A DNA stretch of 64,000 nt, from NCBI GenBank assembly GCA_044892525.1, contig CM097885.1:32676001-32740000 (forward strand), in the 5' to 3' direction. Numbering within the stretch: position 1 is the stretch's first letter; each line of letters opens with the position of its first letter. The translations under genes were made by a program, and so were the position numbers. The notes beneath the pieces are model-generated. The model saw only the letters and a program-made list of their open reading frames with translations. It was not told the DNA's origin and made no database searches. Positions 59,801 to 64,000 of the stretch are shown here, piece after piece. Source of the stretch: Schmidtea polychroa. Taxonomy: Eukaryota.

Positions 59801-62800
59801 ATGTTTATTACATTTGGACTACATTTAGTGAGTCATTGAGGCTTTAAAAATTCAGATTTCCCAACATCTCATTTATGTTTCATGAAAATGCACTCAAAAG
59901 CATTAATTTAAAGTAATTTTGAATTTATCTTTGCGCATTTAATCAAATGAATTTTCATTAATTTAATTTACCTTATCTTTGATTCTTTTCGTCGACAAGT
60001 CAAAATCAAATTTGTCATGGAAATCTATTTCTCCTATTACTATGTAGTTCATATTGTTGGAAACTCCAAATTTCACTTCTTGAAGTTAAGGAATTCCATT
60101 AAAATTTACCGGTAGAATAGATTTACCATAAATTTCAAAATGACGCATCTTAACTGTAAATTATTTTTAATCATATTAAAAATTATGGATTGGCCACATT
60201 TTAGCTATGATTTTATTTCACAAAACAGATGTATGTTTTTGAAGCACTATTTAAGTAAAAAGTATCATAATAAATAATATTATTATGAAAATAGGATATG
60301 CCTAAGCATCTTTTGTTTGTGTTGGATGATAGCGGTCGAGTCATCAATTCATATGTACTAACGAAACATTACAGAACAGGCCCGAACAGATACCAGGTGA
60401 ATATCTTCGCAGAATACAGATCCCGAAACCCCAATCAACATACTAAAATAACTATTTAATTTATTCAAGTTTTATTTTTAACATTAGTAATTTATAACAT
60501 TTAGAGTATTTTTATTTTTATATCGGTTATAATTTATTTCTTTATTTGTTATATCTGTTGTAATTTTATTTTTATATAATCAGTTATTGGTTTCAATCTA
60601 AAACAAATATCCAAAGTAAATTAGTTCAAATATTTATATTGATTACATAACTAAATTTAGTATAAACACCGCATAAAACTCAGTACAATCGCCAAAATTA
60701 GCGTTACTTCTGTCTTCTAAAGTTAATCTTAATGTGACATTAATCGGGAACAGTCACCGTTCAACACAATCTTTGCACGCACTACATAACCTAAAAACAT
60801 ACATTTTCACAAAGTATAACAGGCACTTTTTATAATTCATATCTTTGGAAAACTCTTAAATTCTATTAATAAAAGTTTATACAAAGTCTTTTAAATATAA
60901 AGTTATCTATATAGTAACCAGTACATGTTGAGAGCCTCAAGCGTTTTTTTGAGAACTCAACATTGGTTTGTCAGTGAATAATGGTGTAATGGCGAGTAAT
61001 GGACTCCATATGTACAAAGACAAACTTCAAAATATGTATAAAAATATATTGATTAGCACAATTTCAATATACTTTCCACTTAATTGATACAACTACTTAT
61101 ACTTGGCATTTAGTTAAAGTTTACTATTTCGTTTCTTTTAATTTTTAAGTAAAAGAATACAAATTCCATATCATGTTTCAATTAATGAGCTTAATTATTT
61201 ATTTATATAACTTCTCAGTCAATATTATATTCTTTCGCCTACTGTCTTCGGGTACCTCTCTTGAAATAGTCAATTTTATATTACAAACGATCTCATTTTA
61301 AATTAATTTTTACTCTAGCACGTCGATCCAAGCGGCAGACTGGAATGAGAAATTTTATTCTCTTGTCATTCGAGAATAAAATCACCAAGATTTCAAAATT
61401 TAGACACCGAAAGAAACGCTTGCTAATGTATTATTGTTCCAGTAGTGTAATTTGCACCCAGTTTCGTAAAAATTTTTAATTTTTCTTGCCCAAAAATTTC
61501 TGTGGGGGTGATGACATCAATACCTACGAAAAAGAGGACTGCAGGATAACCGTAAATAATACCTATTTGAAATAATATTATTGCATGATGAATTTCTAAT
61601 ACTGGATATTACATAATGTATGTATGAATGTCAAAGGTGCGATATTGTATTATTTATGCCTGTGTATCTGGCTCAAGACACTTACAATATAATAAGTTTT
61701 TTAGTATTAATAAATAAATAATATTAACCGGAATATTTCTGACTTATTTATACCAATAACGTTAATCTCTAGTCAAATACAAATCCTAAATACTATTCTA
61801 AACCTGTTTGTAAGACAAACTAAATAATTTCATTTTGCTAGTTAATTTGAGCAGTTGTTTAGTTTGCAAAACACTATTTAAAAACAGAAAAGCTTTAACA
61901 AAACAAATAGTGAGACTTTATTTAACCGTAAAATCACAATAAATTCACACTGTTTGATAATGTTGTTTTTAGAAATTACAATAATAAAGGGTAACTTTGT
62001 AAAGCCTTTAAATGAAATAGGCACAATAAACTAGCCAAAATAAGAAATCTATCAAATTGTTTTCATTATGAGATGTTAAATATGGAGAAGGATTCTCATC
62101 TTATCACATAAATACTTCTGAATAATTTCAATTGAACCAAAAACTGCATTCAGTGAAGGCAAAATAAAAATCTTTACACATTTTCCAAAACCAAACTTGA
62201 AGACAAAAGTAAATCGATTTATTTAAAACATCAGTTAGTCATCATAAGGTAACAAGGCTAAGCAACATAATCACAACATTCACAGAAGTTTAACCAAATA
62301 TAAAACTGTGTAGGACTCAAAATTCAAAACAAAAATAAAATTACATAATGTCGAAACTAATCAATGTAACGATTTTGGATAATAGAAATTCAACTATGAC
62401 TCTAATGGTAAGCCGTTAATAAACTATTATTATAACTTAGATTTACCCAGAGTCAAACCGTTCCAATAACTGTAGCAGTAGTCATTTTCACAACAGCCAT
62501 CATTTTCATAATTGTATGTCATATTCTAATAAGAAAAAGACGAAACGTAGTTTTAGTAGATAAAACAGTAAGTATATTATTAAAAATTTTAAATTACTTT
62601 TTTTTACTGTCGATTGATTTGTAGAAGTAAGCAAAATAATAGTTTGATTTTACAAAATTCCATTTATAAACTCATTTTCTTTATAACTTTTCATAATATA
62701 TGTTTTCTTATCGAATTATTAGTTAACTTTAATTTTCAATATGACTTACACATTTATTTGAATCATAAATTATCAAGTATGATTAATACATTTAAACAAC

Positions 62801-64000
62801 ATGTACATAGTTATTACATCCTTATGTATTATGAATATAACTTTTTGTCAATAATCGTTTTGTCAAGAGTTTTGGAAAATTTTATTAAATACTTATTTGT
62901 AATATGATTTAGTTATTTTCAAAATTGTCTTGTGTAATATTTATCCGACTGTATGAACGTTCTTTTTTTATCAAAATAAATAAATACAAAAGTATCGAAA
63001 CTAAATTTCAATTTAAAACGAATTGATTTGTATTAATATTTTATTAAAAAGAATAATATTAAAATCCAATATATTTTCTGTAAAAAGTAAAACATTTAAT
63101 AACATTCTAATGTATTAGGAGCTAGTTATCATTCACAGAACATCTATTTTCACTGAGCGACCCCCTCCTCCCCTGATGGGAAAAGCTTTTTTGTTTTAGT
63201 TATTTTTGGTACATGATATTATGTATCGGATTTTTGTGGTCTCAAATTCTTGAATAACACACATTTGCTTTAAACAAGCTTTTCATAGTTCAGCCAAGTC
63301 TAAGTGAACAACATTTTCCTCTTATATTCTTGGCATCGTTAACAATGGAAAGGATATTTATTTTAAAGTATCAATGTAAACTATTCAATTTTCCATGCTT
63401 TTCAATTCAATTTTTTGAAAAGTTTCTTAATTCACATATTATTTTAACAATATTTTTTCACGTCATCTGGAATATTCTGACTGCCAACAGTTCCGATGGG
63501 CATTTCGAAAATGTTTTTTAGAGTTGGATACATTTATTTCATTTTCTATTATATTACGTTAAACAAATGAACTTAGATAATGAAATAATAACTTAATATT
63601 TTACTTCTATTTTCGAATATAAAGTTTATCATAAATTATTCAAAGAAAAATTTTGCAGAGAAAAATAAATTAAAACTTTTGAAAAATGAATTTATATAAC
63701 GAAATATTGGAGGCAAGAAATTATTATAGAATTTAATTTTGTCATATATTTTCAATTATTTTTCAATTTCCTAAAATTTTACATATTTTAAATATCTTTT
63801 AATTTTTCTTCTATTTTTAAAGCAATTAATTTTATTTATTTATTCCAATTTTAATTAGGAACTTCAATTTAATTTACTTTAGAAAATCCACCCTATAAAA
63901 AAGAAATCAATTCATCCCAATACATATTCAAGAGTAATTAAACGGGAATTTGCATTTGGAAATTTTGAAAATTTTGAAATTAGAATTTATATATTTTTGT

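Noticed and set aside
57000..64000. Scattered exon-like segments (e.g. minus strand 58129-58185, ~59970-60150, ~61315-61560)
   Set aside because: Stops in the candidate frames and no recognisable domain; not callable without transcript data

Overview
AT-rich animal genomic DNA with very short introns, most compatible with a flatworm/planarian-type genome (inference). Positions 1-17690 are the 3' part of a giant Ty3/Gypsy LTR retrotransposon that resembles, from memory, the 'Burro' elements of Schmidtea. Its pol (RT, RNase H, integrase) is fused in frame to ankyrin repeats, an acidic tract and a Cys-rich type I membrane module. An array of intronless cargo ORFs follows: a TRAF, a BIR-BIR-RING IAP, three coiled-coil ORFs and a TNF-receptor-like membrane protein with a TRAF-binding motif. 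The element ends in a ~5 kb 3' LTR that contains two more ORFs, one with an AT-hook. The cargo spacers share TGTA(A/G)ATA motifs, and every cargo ATG has a splice-acceptor-like AG just upstream. The element lies upstream of the last exon of a class B GPCR. The rest of the window holds a TRAM1-like gene (+), a divergent NSD/Mes-4-like gene (-) with degenerate SET motifs, a 240-bp piggyBac-like element carrying a second TRAF fragment, two ~1.6-1.7 kb LTRs of a related family, a 9.5 kb non-autonomous Polinton/Maverick derivative with a 6-bp TSD, and several decayed DNA transposons. Nothing could be called confidently after ~57 kb.
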